Positions 34,701 through 48,335 of a DNA stretch of 64,000 nt are shown in pieces. The notes below the pieces were generated by a model. It was not told the origin of the DNA. It did not search any database and saw only the letters and a list, made by a program, of their open reading frames with translations. Source of the DNA: Octopus sinensis (Eukaryota); contig NW_021833026.1 in assembly GCF_006345805.1 (NCBI RefSeq), positions 496,001-560,000 of the forward strand, given 5' to 3'. The stretch's first letter is position 1, and every line of letters starts with the position of its first letter. The position numbers and the translations under genes are program-made.

Positions 34701-37700
34701 TGATTGAAGAGAACACTACTGTGTTTGACATTAAAGACGCGCTCAAACTGTGGACTATTCCCATCGACCATGCTAGTTCTGTAATCCCAGTCATTACAAG
34801 GTCCATTTCTAACCACATTTTAGAATATTCCATGGCAAACTACATTCTCTGAAATCAGGGGATAAAAATGATTATAAACGACAAGTTGGCTTATTTGAGG
34901 CTCTGCTGATGTGTTCTGGACCTAAGGAGTGGATTACTATGGGAAATGATCTCTTGCGTCCATTCAATGTTGTCCTGAGCTCGGCAAATGGTTCGAGTAC
35001 AACACTCGAAAAAGTGAGAGAGTTGTACGATGGTTATGATATTTCAATGTCTGTCTTTCCTTTGCGGAAATGGATTGGGTTTGTCGTGGGTTGAGGATAG
35101 TGTTTAGTTCCCTCGAAGTGTTGAGTGCATTACTTAGTGTGCTGAGGTGTTCAGAGGTGGAGGGAAGGGAGGATTATTTCAGTTCATGTATTGGAGTATT
35201 TCTCCATATAATGTCTATTTCACTCAAACTGTCGGAAAATCGGCATGCAGTGCATCCCTACCATCGAAAGAGCAATCAAAGACTAAGTAAAATACTCACT
35301 CGAGAAGTAATCAAGGTAAATAAACGAATTGAGCATGTTCAGATGGTTCATGGGATGAGTCACGACCAGGGGAAAGCACTCTTCTTTGTCTACATAGAAC
35401 CTCAAATTCATAAAATTGCGATTAAAGGATTAAAAGGACCTACTCCCTTTGTTCGTCTGATGTTAACAATGACTTCTTTTGCTGGGTTGTAACAATTGTG
35501 TCAGTTTTGTAGGTTGGAGTGGTTATATACTATGGAGGGGGATTCGAAATATAATGCCTTAACTGTCATTCTCTCGCAAATAAATTCAGAGTGGCAAATA
35601 AGCAAAAAGGGTGGTCTGGTTGTAATGCAATTATTGAATAATTTATTGGACAGGAATGGTTTGAGTGATTGGGGTAATTTTTAAACAGAAACTAAATACG
35701 TGGAGGAACATTTGGATGGATTATTGGACTATTTGCAAGGATCACTGGAAAAGTCAAAGGAGATGAGCGAATATGAACTGCCATTACTCCAAAGGTATTG
35801 GTTGATGAGTAATTGTAGACTGAGTGTGTTCATTATAGATGAGCGCAAGTGTGGAGTGCTAGTGCATTTAATGATGAGCATACTCAGTACAACGGACGAG
35901 GAGACATTGCAATCTCCTATGCTGTCTTTGATCGTACAAATATTACCGAGAGTGGTGGACTATTCGCACATCACTCGGTTTTCTCATATTAATATTTTTT
36001 AGTTTATTTGCTCGACTGTTCTCGATTGTGCAAGGTTATCAGAATCGGCAGTGCCTTATTGAGATCTTGAAGGTTTTGTTAGTATGAGAGTTGTAGATGA
36101 TGGGAGAGTCGGGAAGTTGTGGGGAAGCCTCGGTGATGACCCCGATCATCGAGAATGTAGAGATGGGATACATATTTGTAGATAAACACTGTCAGCAGGA
36201 CTCGTATAGAGGAGCCAAATTACGAAAGCATCAACGCTGGATTTAACAAATTCATGGATGTGATGGGAATGGTGGGAGAGTTTTCAATTGGTTTAATACA
36301 GCACAGTTGTGATTACATTATTAGAAAAGTATTATTTTATTCATTTATTCTTAGTTCGACGATCGGGCTGTTTACAATCAGGCTCGTCGGGCACAATTAT
36401 CTATCATTGAACACCTGAAGGGAATGCCCCAATCTGTCGTCAGTCATTCTATCGACGAGTTTGAAAGGCTTGTCTTTGCAAGTGTCAAGGAGCAACAAGA
36501 AGTGTGCTGATTTCTTATTTGTAGACTGTGCGTGATTTCTACCTCAGTCTCCTCCGTTCTTTGGTCGAAGCTTTTGGGGCCATCGAAGAACGGGGACTTG
36601 CTAGTCTAACATATTTGCTGGATGATGAAGCTTCGGGGAAAGATGTTTTATTGAATATAACATACATACAAGTTGACATGAATGTACTATTCCAGATTGA
36701 CCGTCGGTGTAAAGCCCTGTCCAACTTTGTGACAGTGTTGAGTGATCACCGAATTGACCAGGACTACCTCCTCCGCTTATTCCTTCCAATTTTTGAATCT
36801 TCCCTTCTTAAAGACAGTTCGTCGTCTGCTTACACTGATTGGACATTGACTGCAATTGGCAGCATTTGTAGACAGCTTGACTGGCCTTCCTACAACAGTC
36901 TGCTTGAACGATATATCGAAATGACTTCGTCTGTGTCTGTCAAGTAACCCATTCTGCTGATCTGACAGACTTTTAGGAGTATTGATCGATGCCTTCCACT
37001 TTTCTTTGGAGGGAGTTGAAGACATGGTTGTCCATCACCCTGCAAACAGTATTTCTGTGACTAATGGTAGTTCAATGTGATGAGGAGGAGGATATGGCTG
37101 TCTTTGGAATGGTGACTGATTCTTGGACTATTAAATTGGACGTGGAATGTTCGAAGCGTGTCTATTCCCGACTGATGGACTATATCGAGCAGTTGTACGT
37201 TCTTTTTAATGTATAATTCGTTTTAATGTGTAGAGTGCGGGTCGAATCACTCGTAAGCACAGTCACGAACTTGGACATCTCCCACTTGCACTGACCATGA
37301 TCAAAATTCTCAAATATTTCCCTTCTGCCCTCCAACTTAACGTGCCAAGGTTCACTGGTTTGTTCTATTTATAGAATTATACACTCCCTCGCCGTCCTCC
37401 TCTCCTCTCGCCATCATTCTATTCGCAAAGTGGCCAAGACTACACTCGTCGACATTGTGTGCGTCCTCGGCTCAAGTAAACTGGCATTTGTAGTTCAAAC
37501 TCTCCGCACTGCACTTTCTACGGGTTTCCAGGTGGTGTAGACTAAATATGCCCATCAGGTGTACATTCTCAGTCATACTGTCCATGGAATATTGGATAAG
37601 CTTGTCCCACTCTGTCTGAAAGATAATGTTCTCTTCGATGTAGAGTGTGTCACCATTCTTACTGATGTTTGTTTTGCACTCTCTACTTCACAGATCTTTC

Positions 37701-40159
37701 TCCAAGACTCTTTTGGAGTGGTCGGAGATGATAAACAAATTGATGCAATCAAAGTAAAGACTCCTGAAGCTAGAAAATCCGGTCTCCTTGAAGTGTTTTC
37801 TTTGATGTGCCGTGTATTGGATCATACAACCCTTCCTGCCTTTTTGGAGCCCATTCGGAATGTTTTGTCTTATTTAATAAGCGGTAGTTAATATCAGAAG
37901 GCAATCCCAACAAGAATATGATCACCAAGATAAGAGAACTATTGGAACGTATTGCTGGGGCATTAGTCCTGAATGAACAATTGGATTCTGTTCATTTGTT
38001 TGTTGTGATATACCGAACATTGACTGATGTGGACTGGTCCTCGGAATTATTAACACAATTCGGTCTTCAGCTCGTTTTACTGCTGGTAAAGAAGGGACGA
38101 GCGAGTAGAGAGTTGTTGGACCCACTCCTTTCTCGAATGAGTGCCTGCACTGAGTCTACGAATATAAAAGTGTCATTTGGTGGTCATGTTTTGAGGTGGT
38201 CGAACTGTCAGTCAAGTGTGTTACACGCATGCTTAATTTTAATCTACCTTCTTTTCCCGATCACGTGGTTAGACTATTCGGGAGGTTGTTCTGTCTCATC
38301 AAGTCCTACGCTGTCCATGGATCAGCTTCTAGTCGTTCGAACACAAATCTTGTCACTGCATGTTTTAAGGTGCCGAGTTTGTCTATTTGTAGTCAATGAC
38401 TGCCCTGCTTGAACACGTGAGTGATGGAGATAGTTTGCCGACTGAGCAGATCACAGTTCTGCTTAAATATGCAGCACATGACATGACAGATGAATACCGT
38501 CAGTCCGCTGCATTCGGTCTCATCAAGGTTTTAGGAATCATACTATTGTAGAAAATAATAACCATATGTCCGTCTTCTGAAGAATTATCTCGTGTTATCA
38601 AGCAAGTGGAGGAGAATAGTGTTTATTCGCCCTTTGACCACATTCGCGTCCAGTCCCGGGCGGTAGGAATTTAATGAGGAGTAGTAGACAATCCACACTT
38701 ACCTTCAGTCCTCCGACCGTCTCCAAGGAAAAGTCACCAAACGACTTCTCAAGAGATATATTCAGAAATTACAAGATCCTTCTTTGTGTGAGGAAGGCAG
38801 GCTGAGTATAATCGAATTACTCACTCTTCTGATATCCCACGCTCCAGTGAGTCATTATTGTTATTGTAGCGTGTGCTTTCCTCTCCACTTTTGTTTGTCG
38901 CTCTCTCTGCCTCTTCCCACAACGATTCTTCTCATAAATGTAGAGAGTTGGCGTCTATTTGTTTGCAAGTGTTGATTCATAAAGTTTTCTTCACTTTTTT
39001 ATTTGTTAGGTTGATTCCAAAGGAAAGGGTCATTTGCTCGACATTTTATTTGGGTGGTTCACCAGTGACCGAGTATTTCTATCTCGGTTTATTTTAGATA
39101 CAAATCCTTGGACTTGCTCTCAAAACTGCCCCACACTTTTTTGAGGGACTGAGCAAGTCGAAAAAAATCATGTTCGAGAAGTGTTCGGGGACAATTATGG
39201 CCAAATACAACAATCAGGACATCCTTGACGACACTTTTGTGTTCTCGCTTTTTATATTTCTTGAAAAATTTATTCAAATATCTTCAAATAACACCGATTT
39301 CAGTATCGCCACTTGGAGTTTTTTTTGATTTTATTTGCCAGACTTTTCCCGGCAATATTTACTTCATCCGCATTGTTGGATACGGAATTTCTGTACTCGG
39401 GTTTTGCTGATTTTATCACGGGATATTGTGAATGCTTATTGTGCTGTATTTGATGGAAGTACAGAAAAGGCATGGTTTTGTGATGTATTGCAGGTTATGT
39501 GCTTTGTCGGAGACTTGGTTGAGGATTTGGACACGTGCGATATGACACAGGAGTTGGGGGAGAATGTATATCTGTTTTATAATTGTAGATTACTCGTTTG
39601 TTGGACTGGGCCTGTCGTTTAGTTGACGATAGGGAGACACTTTCCACGGTGTTGTCTTTAGTTCGGAAGTGGGTTGTTCAGTCACTAGGAAAAGGGGAGA
39701 CAGTTGGGGTGAGTCGATATTTGTCATGTGTCGTAGAGGAAGGCTGTTTATCGTTGGTTGGGATCATTTCCCGGAGTGGAGGATGGTGGGGATGTTCTCT
39801 TTTCCGTACTCCGAATTTTGTGTCGAGAAATGTGTGATAAGTCCAGTGCGAAAGGTAATATAATTTGCATGATAATATATTCAGACTCTGACATGGGGAA
39901 AGTGTTGGCCCAGTCTTTTGAGGATATCCAGACTGTCGTAGGGGCCGATGCGTTTAACCGCATGTTTGCGGATGCCAGTCGAGAGATCACTTCTCGGAAA
40001 TATAAGAAACGGCAGGATCGGATAATGACCAGTCTTCATAATTTGACTGTTGCTAATGAGAGAAGGTTGAAACAACGGCTGCGAAATACTACAGCAATTA
40101 AGAGAAGACGTGAACAGTTTGGAGGAGCTATTCCCCTCGCCAAAAGACTTGATTTATAA
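31794..40159 (+). CDS. UTP20: U3 snoRNP/SSU processome component UTP20 (HEAT repeats), many mini-introns
   Basis: MGKGHEIEKSRLR|YKKLKQRVEELD N-terminus; DPLLSCLTALSKDLAEELVPFF; IRQISLRLL; ARQALGKI-like and LRTALSTGFQVYILSHTVH (DRIM/DUF6700-type region); EARKS; ends QRLRNTTAIKRRREQF..KRLDL-TAA. One apparent homopolymer indel near 32281. Not every exon was traced. Confidence 0.9.
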
Positions 40160-40399
40160 TTATCTTGTATATTTTTTTTCAGAATCATGACTTTATATCT
40201 AAAGAATTTAAAGGATTGGATAGGGAGACGATCTAGGGATCTAGTTTTCGTACCTTCTGAAAGACATTAGTTAACAAAGCACTAGGTTTTCTAAAGATTG
40301 TAACTCTTTATCAGACGAGGGGTTTAATTTTCACGTTAGTTAGTTATCCCCGGTTTCGCTATCTTGTAGAAAACAACCAGCAAATAAAAAGCAAGCCGC

Positions 40400-41000
40400 T
40401 CCAACAAGGAGGGGATACGATTGAGGTGGCCCAGGGGATGAGAAAAGTCATTTGGGTGCAAGCAGTAATATGATTTGTGGATGAGCAAGTTTGTTTAGTT
40501 TAAAGATTTGGATAATGATTGACTTTTTCTATGTAATCAGTATCATACCAGAATTTAATGATGAATTTATAATGTCTGATAGTGTCCTCAGCCCCCATGG
40601 GCCTAAATTCTTCAGATCGTATATACAAAGGCCATGAGCTTCCTTGGCAAGTGTGAATTTTTGGTATTTTTGATCAACTAGTAGATTTGGCAAAAGTAAA
40701 TTGTTTTTTTGTCTAAAAAGGGACTTGGAATGTGGTTAATTTGTTCGTGTTCATTTGGCTAATTTTTGCGTATTGGTTAATGAGAGTGTTTGCTTGTTCG
40801 AGGAATGTCTTTGTTTGGTATTTATTAATAATACCAGATCCATGTGAGATGGTATTTCCAGTTTACGGGAAGAAATTCTTTTAGTGTTTTCCAGAAGTTG
40901 GAGGATTTTGTACGGTCGTTGAGAGAGAAAACAAGTCGGAGTCGTAGACTGTTGTAGATTTTCTGTAACGTTTTTTAAAGTCAGAAAATCTGTTGATCAT
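40400..41000 (-). mobile_element. Degenerate LINE RT fragment
   Basis: FWKTLK and RTLSDIINSSLNSGMILIT*KKSIIIQIFK, a typical pre-RT segment. Confidence 0.6.
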
Positions 41001-41214
41001 ATGGATTTACAAAAGCAAAAGAGAATTTTTGAAATTCCCTCCCAGTACACGTGGTTTTTTTAACCTGAATTAATTCAGTTGTGTATCGGAGTTGTGGACT
41101 TTTGTAGGAATCTGGGTCATTTTTATTTCTTAATTGAGAAACAAATTTTGGAATCAGTTTACTTTTGACCCTGGCTCGATTTCACAGTGGTTATGTAGTG
41201 GGGTCACTTATCTG

Positions 41215-42680
41215 ATTTCTAAAGTAGATAACCCTTCCGTCCGACAGATTATCGTCCGATAACCTGTATGCCAACCTGTACAAATTGATGACTAAGGTAG
41301 TGACTACTGAGGTCAGAAATTTTGTGGAGGTGAATAGGATTCTGTCCGAAAATCAGTTAGGTACTCGATAGGATTGCCAGGCAGTTAAGGAGCAGGCACT
41401 GACCAACAAATACCTCTCGGGAGCCCGCGGAAACTCACTAGTATCAATGTGGGTGGATGTGAAGAAGGCATATGACTCGGTTGACCATGCCTAATTTGTT
41501 GAGTATCTGTGAAGACTCAAGTTGCCTTCATAGTTTATCAAATTTGTTGCAACTGTGATGGACAGGTGGAACGTGCATCTACACTACAACAAATGCGATA
41601 TAAGCGAGGTTAAGCTAGAGAGAGGCATATTACAGGGCGACAGCATGTTTTCGTGGCTGTTTGTCCTCTGCTTAGAACCGTCGAGTAGAGTCCTCACTGC
41701 CCAATTCAAACAAATGTCGATCGAACATGATGGAATGTGTTTTAACATCAACCATATCATGTTCATAAACGACATTAAACTGTTCGCTCGGTCTTCAGAG
41801 ACCTTCCCCTCAATGGGCAAAGCCTTGGAAGGTTTTATGAAGGGCCTGTGTCTGGAGTTTGAATACAACAAGTCGACGACTGTGTGTGATGACCTAGTCA
41901 AAGTCTTGGAAGAACACCAAGGGAATAAGTATCTTGGCTTAGTTGAAAGTCCAGACTCATTAATCACACTTGAAATGAGGAAGTGTGTAGTTAGGGGTGT
42001 CGTAATAGGTTTTTTTAAAAGGGGCAGCAATGTAATGCAAAACTTGCCTCAATTCACGAAACTTATTTCATGCCTTGAACGAGTACACCACCTTATTGTC
42101 TGAAGAATACTCCGAGAGAATCCCGTCGACGTGTTGGCAAGCAAGAAGGAGAGATTATACTTGTCTTGCGGGCAGTTAGAACGTGGACTGAGTAACGTCG
42201 TAAACTTAAGTGAATGAATTCTTACTAAGATGCACGACACCTTGTGAAGTGGGTCAAGTTTATCCCAAAGGAAGGCTGTCATCATTGCTTTTGAAAAAAC
42301 GCGTGATACACACCTTGGGACCATAAAAGGCTACGTGTCGGCTAAGTATGGTCTGAATGCTACCCAAGTTAATGTGAATGAGTTGATCAAACTTCAGAGG
42401 GAATCCCTAATTAAAAAGATCAACTTAAAAGTCTTTCACAAGACTCTCTTTAGCAGCCTGGACAACCCGCACATTGACGTATCGTCGTCATCAACGTGCC
42501 TGAAATATGGAAATAACTCTCCCCGATCAAAAGGGTTGTTCTCAGATTTGCTAGATAGAAACGTTTTTAATGGTCAACGGAAACAGTGCAAAAACTGTAA
42601 ATAGAAGGCGATGACTGTTGACCATTTAGCAACAAAGTGCGGGAGAATTCTGTACCATGATTACACATAATGAGGTCCCA
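41215..42680 (+). mobile_element. Degenerate R4/Dong-like RLE retrotransposon
   Basis: DYRPITCMP, ENQLGT, KEQAL, WVDVKKAYDSVDH, ERGILQGDS, NHIMFINDIKL, KYLG, CKTCLNSRNLF, ERLYLS..LERGL, CKNCK..TVDHLATKC. Confidence 0.88.
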
Positions 42681-42959
42681 CTGCAGGCAAGATGTCAAGC
42701 CTACAACGGTCCATTTATCAATCAAGTTAATACTTAGTATATATAATTCAAACTGATTAAATTTGGAGACAAACCATAAAGGCTGTTGCTATTTAATATG
42801 CTTAATTTTTTTGAAATTTTGCTCCCCCTTCTGAAATCACATACATTTTATGTGTCTCTTTCAAATGTATTCTCTCCCTCCAAATTTTTCCTATCTTATA
42901 TTCTCTCTTTCAATTATGTTAATGATATTCTTATATTTTTCTTTAATTCCCATAATTTT

Positions 42960-43553
42960 TAGTTGTCTAAAACAAAACGAATATTTTCCTGTAGACATAA
43001 TTGTCTTCCAACAAACCTCTTAACCCTATAAAATATATCCTTTGAAACTTGATGCGATGTCGGCACGATCAATGATTAAGGTATAATTGTTAAAGTAAAA
43101 AAAGAGGATTGTTGGAATCACCTAATTAGTTACCCCAATTAACTGTTGGTGATTCTTGGGCTAAATAAAAAAAGAATCACTTTTAAAAAAAACTCAAAAA
43201 ACTTTAATAATCTGGAATTTTATGAGGTTTTAAAAATTATTTGTTTAAAAACCAATATTCTACTACATTAAAAAATTCCTAATTGTTGAAAATATATATT
43301 GAAGAAATATTGATACTAAAATATAGAAAATTACATGACGATAGTTCTGAAGTTCCGATATTTCTGCAAATTTGAAAAGCTTCCCGAAACTGCAATAATC
43401 TGAATGACTTTTATTATATTATTATCGACTAAATTAAGTAAATAACCAACATACATTTGATTGAAGCGCAGTCTTTATAGTCTCTCGAATATCGGCGGCA
43501 ACAATTCCGCTTCCAGCGTATTTAATTGCGATGGTAGTTGTATAATTTGTCAT
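42960..43553 (-). pseudogene. Proteasome beta-subunit-like gene, highly divergent or decayed
   Basis: MTNYTTTIAIKYAGSGIVAADIRET resembles the TTTxAxKxxxGVIVAADxRxT motif; IIKV..IAVSGSFSNLQ; downstream GLRGLLEDNY. No clean full spliced ORF found. Confidence 0.45.
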
Positions 43554-43670
43554 TTCCTATTAAAAACCCAGCAATATCAATAGATATGCAAAAAATATTT
43601 AATAAAATATATTATTTGATCAATTTTATTAAATTAAATAGTATATACAATTGTGACCTGTCTCGTGGGA

Positions 43671-46303
43671 ATGACTGCTTTTGAAGGTTGTCATTAATCT
43701 GTGAAATGGCTGATAGAAATGGGTGTAATTCCGGAAATAGCCAAGTCCATCTACAAACTAGAATGGGAGTAATTATTCTGCATATTTTGTAGACTCCCTA
43801 CAGAAATTCAGGCTGAGGCAATACCCCTTATACTCGGAGGAGGAGACATTTTGATGGTATATAAACATAATTTATATTTGAGACCGCCGAGACTGGCAGT
43901 GGGAAGACTGCTGTATTCCTTTCTCCAAACCTTCTAGGCCTTCTGTATTCCACTCTTGCAAGTAGTCTTCGAGTCACTTTCCACTGGAGTGACTCATTCA
44001 ACCACAGAAAAGTCGCGTTGTGAGTGGAATAAGGCTGATTGTGACCCCGACTTGAGTTGAGGACTATTTCTAATTCTTAGGAATGGAAGGACTCGAGTGT
44101 TGTGCAGTAGGCAATCGGTGGGCAGGCTGTCGTTGTTTGTTTGGGACAAATCACACTGGTGGGGCCAATAATTGTTATCATAGGCTATTTTGAAGTCAAA
44201 GTTAAGAATGATGGGCTATGTCGAATTGGTTGGTCGACCAGACAAGCTGGACTTTGCCTTGGACTTGATAGATTTAGTTTTGGATATGGTAGCACTGCCA
44301 AAAAGTCTACGAACCGACAATTTATGACATATGGAGAGGAATATGGTATCCACGATGTCGTCGGGTCTTTCATTGACCGAGATTTGGGTGTTATTCGATT
44401 CACCAAAAACGGTTTTAGTGTTTACTTGCTCATAATTAGGCCGGGACCTCGGTTTGGCTTTTGAAATTCCAACAAATTTAAAATTTGAAACATTTTATCC
44501 GGCCATTGCTTTAAAAGTTGAATCGATTTATTAAATTAAAGTGTTGTCGCGTTAGTACTAATTTTGGACCATTTTCATCGGTAAGTATTTCTGATCACTC
44601 CAATAGAATTACCCTTCTCAGTTGGAACAGATGGTCGCACAGTCCCCTTCTCATACAGCCTCGAGGAGTCCCAGATCTCCTTTAGCCTTCATTATTGAGG
44701 TCTGTGTTTTATCACTATTTGTAGCCTTCACGAGAGTTAGTCCTTCAGGTAGGTTAGTACGATTAATCAGGTCAGACTTTTGCCCATTGAATGACTTGAA
44801 GACATATTTGCCGAACATTCAGTTGTGTTGTTGGCTTATTCCTGCAGTTGTTTGTCGCTGACTGGAGGGGGGAGTGTCGAAGAACAGATGAATGAGTGTA
44901 GAGTGGGACAAGTATATATAATTATTGAGATTAGAATCACATTGTTGTTGCCACGGTGGGTAGATTGAAGGAATTTTTGGATTCGGACACTCTCAATACG
45001 CTGGGATGCAAATTCCTGATTCTAGACGAAGCCGACACATTGATCAACAGTTCAGAGTGTGCTTTTATTACCAAAACATTTTTCACAACAAACACAACTC
45101 GTCGTCAAAATATAATTTGTTCGGCCACACTGCACAATCCATCAATTCGTCGATTTGCTAATCAAAGACTGCCGTTTGCCACCTTCATCGACCTCAAGGG
45201 AGAGGACAGTGTTCCCGAGACGGTTCATCAGATTGTAATCCGCGTTGTGTTCATTGCAGGTCTGTTTTGTGGACGCGGATGAGGACCGAGATTACATTTC
45301 ATTTACGAATCCAATCGCGACTGATAGAGTACACCAAAATGACCCGACACGAGATATTTCCTGTACTTTTATGGCAGTATTCAGACGAGAGATCTCGAGG
45401 GGTCAAGTTACTGAAGGGGAAATACGTAGTGAGGACGATTGAGAGACTTGGGATAGATCGGGCGATTATATTCTGCAGGACTAAGCTTGATTGCGACAAT
45501 CTGCATGCTTTTTTTGTTGGGATATATAATTGTATTTTAATTGGTGTATTTCAGCTGGGAGTCCTTTTGCCAGGAAGTTTAAATCACTGCCCTTCCATTC
45601 TGGGGAAAGTAGAAGGAATGAAAATTTGAGTGAGTTTCAGGTTTTTTGTGTTTTAATTAGTTTAGAAAGGAGGTGTTAACTTTCTCATTTCGACGGATGT
45701 GGCTTGTCGTGGAATTCACATTGAACAGTTGCCTTTTGGTGTTATTTAATTTATAAATATTTAGTTATAAACATGACTCTCCCGGACGATCCTGCGAACT
45801 ACCTTCATCGTATAGGAAGGACTGGGAGAGCCGACCGAATGGGACTAGCCATATCACTTGTGTCCAAACATCCTGAAAAGGTTTGTTTATTATTAAAATA
45901 TTCAAGGTTTGGTATCATTCGAATTGTAGAGGAGGGAGAGGTGCAATTTGTCACAATACCACTCTTGTGAGTGAAGGTGGTTGTTGTATTTGGTATGACG
46001 AACTGCAGGTTCTTCTTTATGTGTTCTTCTTTAGTTGTTGAGGGACATTGAGGAATATCTTAAGTGCACTATTGAGACTGTCGAGTGTACTCCCACTATG
46101 AGTATTCCCGTGTTTCAGTTCGACGGAAAAGTGGTTTATGGAAAAATCAAGGCCAATGATGACGTTTTGGGAGGTTTTTGAATTTTTGTATCTTAGAGGG
46201 TGGAGGTGGAGTTTGGTCGGAAAAACTTGTGGAATTGGAAGCAAATACGCAGAAGAACTTTATAATGATTAATAACGTTATTTCTTCTCTTTTTCATCAA
46301 TAA
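43671..46303 (+). CDS. DDX1: DEAD-box RNA helicase DDX1 with SPRY insertion, many mini-introns
   Basis: MTAFE|[30 protein letters not shown]|[13 protein letters not shown] ([18 protein letters not shown]), IIE|[58 protein letters not shown]; ends LFHQ-TAA. One apparent 1-nt deletion near 44785. Confidence 0.96.
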
Positions 46304-46725
46304 AATTATTTCATTTTATTATTTTTATTGCATTTCTGGTATTCTTCCTGGCCTTTTTGTTTATGCCAAATATCTGCCAATTTATAAAATCACTTCTATG
46401 CTGATTACCATAATAAAACTGATTGTGAATTGTTACGAGACGCTACTCGTCAGAAATGGGGAAAGCTTTTGCAATGCTTTTTCGTGGTCGAATCCATTAC
46501 CATATTCCAAATAATAAGAACTAAAATTGATTTTATCACGTAATAAAACAAATTCTGAACTTGAAAAACCCTACAAAAGTATTATGTCGCGAACTACGTT
46601 GGCGACCAAAGTGACATTCATAATTCACAGAGTGGCCTAGATAGTTTGAGATTAATTAATGACTAAATAAATTGTAGTAGAAAAAATATTATTATTTCTA
46701 AAAGTGAATTAAAAAGGTTGATTCT

Positions 46726-47190
46726 TTACTGGGCAAGAGGCTGACCTTCACAGTTAACAACATTGACAGGAAGACCTACATAGTGAAAATTGTTGTTATC
46801 ATATATAATCACAAACCTACATAGTTTGACACTAGTTAATGACTAAATATAGTGTAGTTGATTACTGCGGACAGTCCCTGAGACAAACACAGTTTTATTC
46901 GATATGTCGTCCTCAAAGTAAATTTCGAAGGTGCTCATCGCGGGCTGCATGCCGACCTTCTACAAAAACAGTACTACACCAACCGAAGTCGTCTCCCTCA
47001 GGTAGCATCTTCCACACAGTCTCCAGCAAACGACCACTTTACATATTGGCCTCGGGGAGTGCACTCTTTGCAGCACTGGGATTCAAAAGACTATTCACAG
47101 GGTAGGAGTGTCTTAGAGATTGAGACTGCGGCCTATATTCCTCCGGTTCGAATATAAATGTTTGATTAGGCTAGTAAATATAAATTTTAT
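46726..47190 (-). CDS. Unknown multi-exon protein-coding gene (5' end unresolved)
   Basis: Consecutive 22-24-nt GT-AG introns join PNQTFIFEPEEYRPQSQSLRHSYP|CCKECTPRGQY|TVWKMLPEETTS|KVGMQPAMSTFEIYFEDDISNKTVFVSGTVR. Last exons (MSNYV|GLPVNVVNCEGQPLAQ-TAA) are tentative. Confidence 0.55.
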
Positions 47191-48024
47191 TTATTGATTA
47201 TTAAAAGTTTAATTGTTTGATTAGCTTAATTGTATTGGCAAACCTATCAAACTAATAGATTGAGACACGTGTGTAGGCGTGGGTGGTTCACCTTGTTGTA
47301 CTTTTTGTGTTATCTACCTACACTTTATTTTTATTTTATATGATTCAGAGAGAATAATATGTGATGAGATTTCTTTTAATCATTAAAATGTTTGAAATTT
47401 CATCATATTTGTCATATATTTTGATACTATTCCTTCGAAATCAATTTTTATATATTTCATATTTTCATTATTTTCTTAATAATAGATCAATTCTGCTGAT
47501 AGTCTTGATATTGTTCTTTTATTTGACTGATACAGTCTAGCCTTTTTTGGGACACATATTATAATTTTATTGATTTTAACACGGAATCTGTTTTCAAAAT
47601 GGTGGTTTTCAAAGAAGGCGTTAATGAAGAAACACATTTTTATAGTGGGCCAGAATTACAAAAAATTAGACAGCCAAATCACTTAAAAAGAAGAAAAATC
47701 ATCAAGACTGAAATTTTTCTTAATTGTTTTTTTTGTTTTTACATTTTGAAAAAATCTGCTAAGGAATTTATTTTTAAAAAACAATTTAAAGTGATTTGTC
47801 AAACCGAAATTGCAACGTAGGTTTTCAAGTGGACATTAATTGTGCATTTAAAATCTTTAAATTTAACTTCACGATTTTTTCGGCATTTTAATTTCTGATT
47901 TGACAGATTTTATTAACTGAATATCAAAAAGCTGTCAGATATTAGAGTTTGACAGTTTTATCACTTGGAAACAACTTTCTAATTCAAATCAAAATTTATT
48001 CCAAAGACCACCGTTGACCAAAAA

Positions 48025-48335
48025 GAAAAAACTAACTAGGTGATCCCGACGAATTTGATCATTGGTCTCAGCTTCGCTCTGTGCTGCTCTCTTGAGCCCA
48101 CACAAGATCGTTGAGGGCGGATCGTTTCTTTATACCATTGATGCCCTTTTGTATTCTTCTCAATGAGAGTTTCGAAAGAGATTTGTGGTTTGATAGCTTC
48201 ACCTGTATACACCTTTCGGTAAGTGTGAAAGCTCTTTTCTGGGTTGCGGAGATTTTACGGATGTTTGTATTCGAAATCAGTGGCCCCCATGAGGCACAAA
48301 CATATGAGATACATGGTTCGATATACTGTGAGTAG
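48025..48335 (-). mobile_element. LINE 3' fragment (ORF2 end plus 3' UTR)
   Basis: LYSQYIEPCISY resembles VYSTCIEPFLIYG of the intact LINE; 3' UTR motif shared with 61061-61124. Confidence 0.62.

Noticed and set aside
44749-44800. Non-canonical intron or frameshift in DDX1 after PSRELVLQ
   Set aside because: Adding one T (CAT-TTG) after a normal 27-nt intron gives [12 protein letters not shown], which aligns well with DDX1. Likely a 1-nt assembly deletion.
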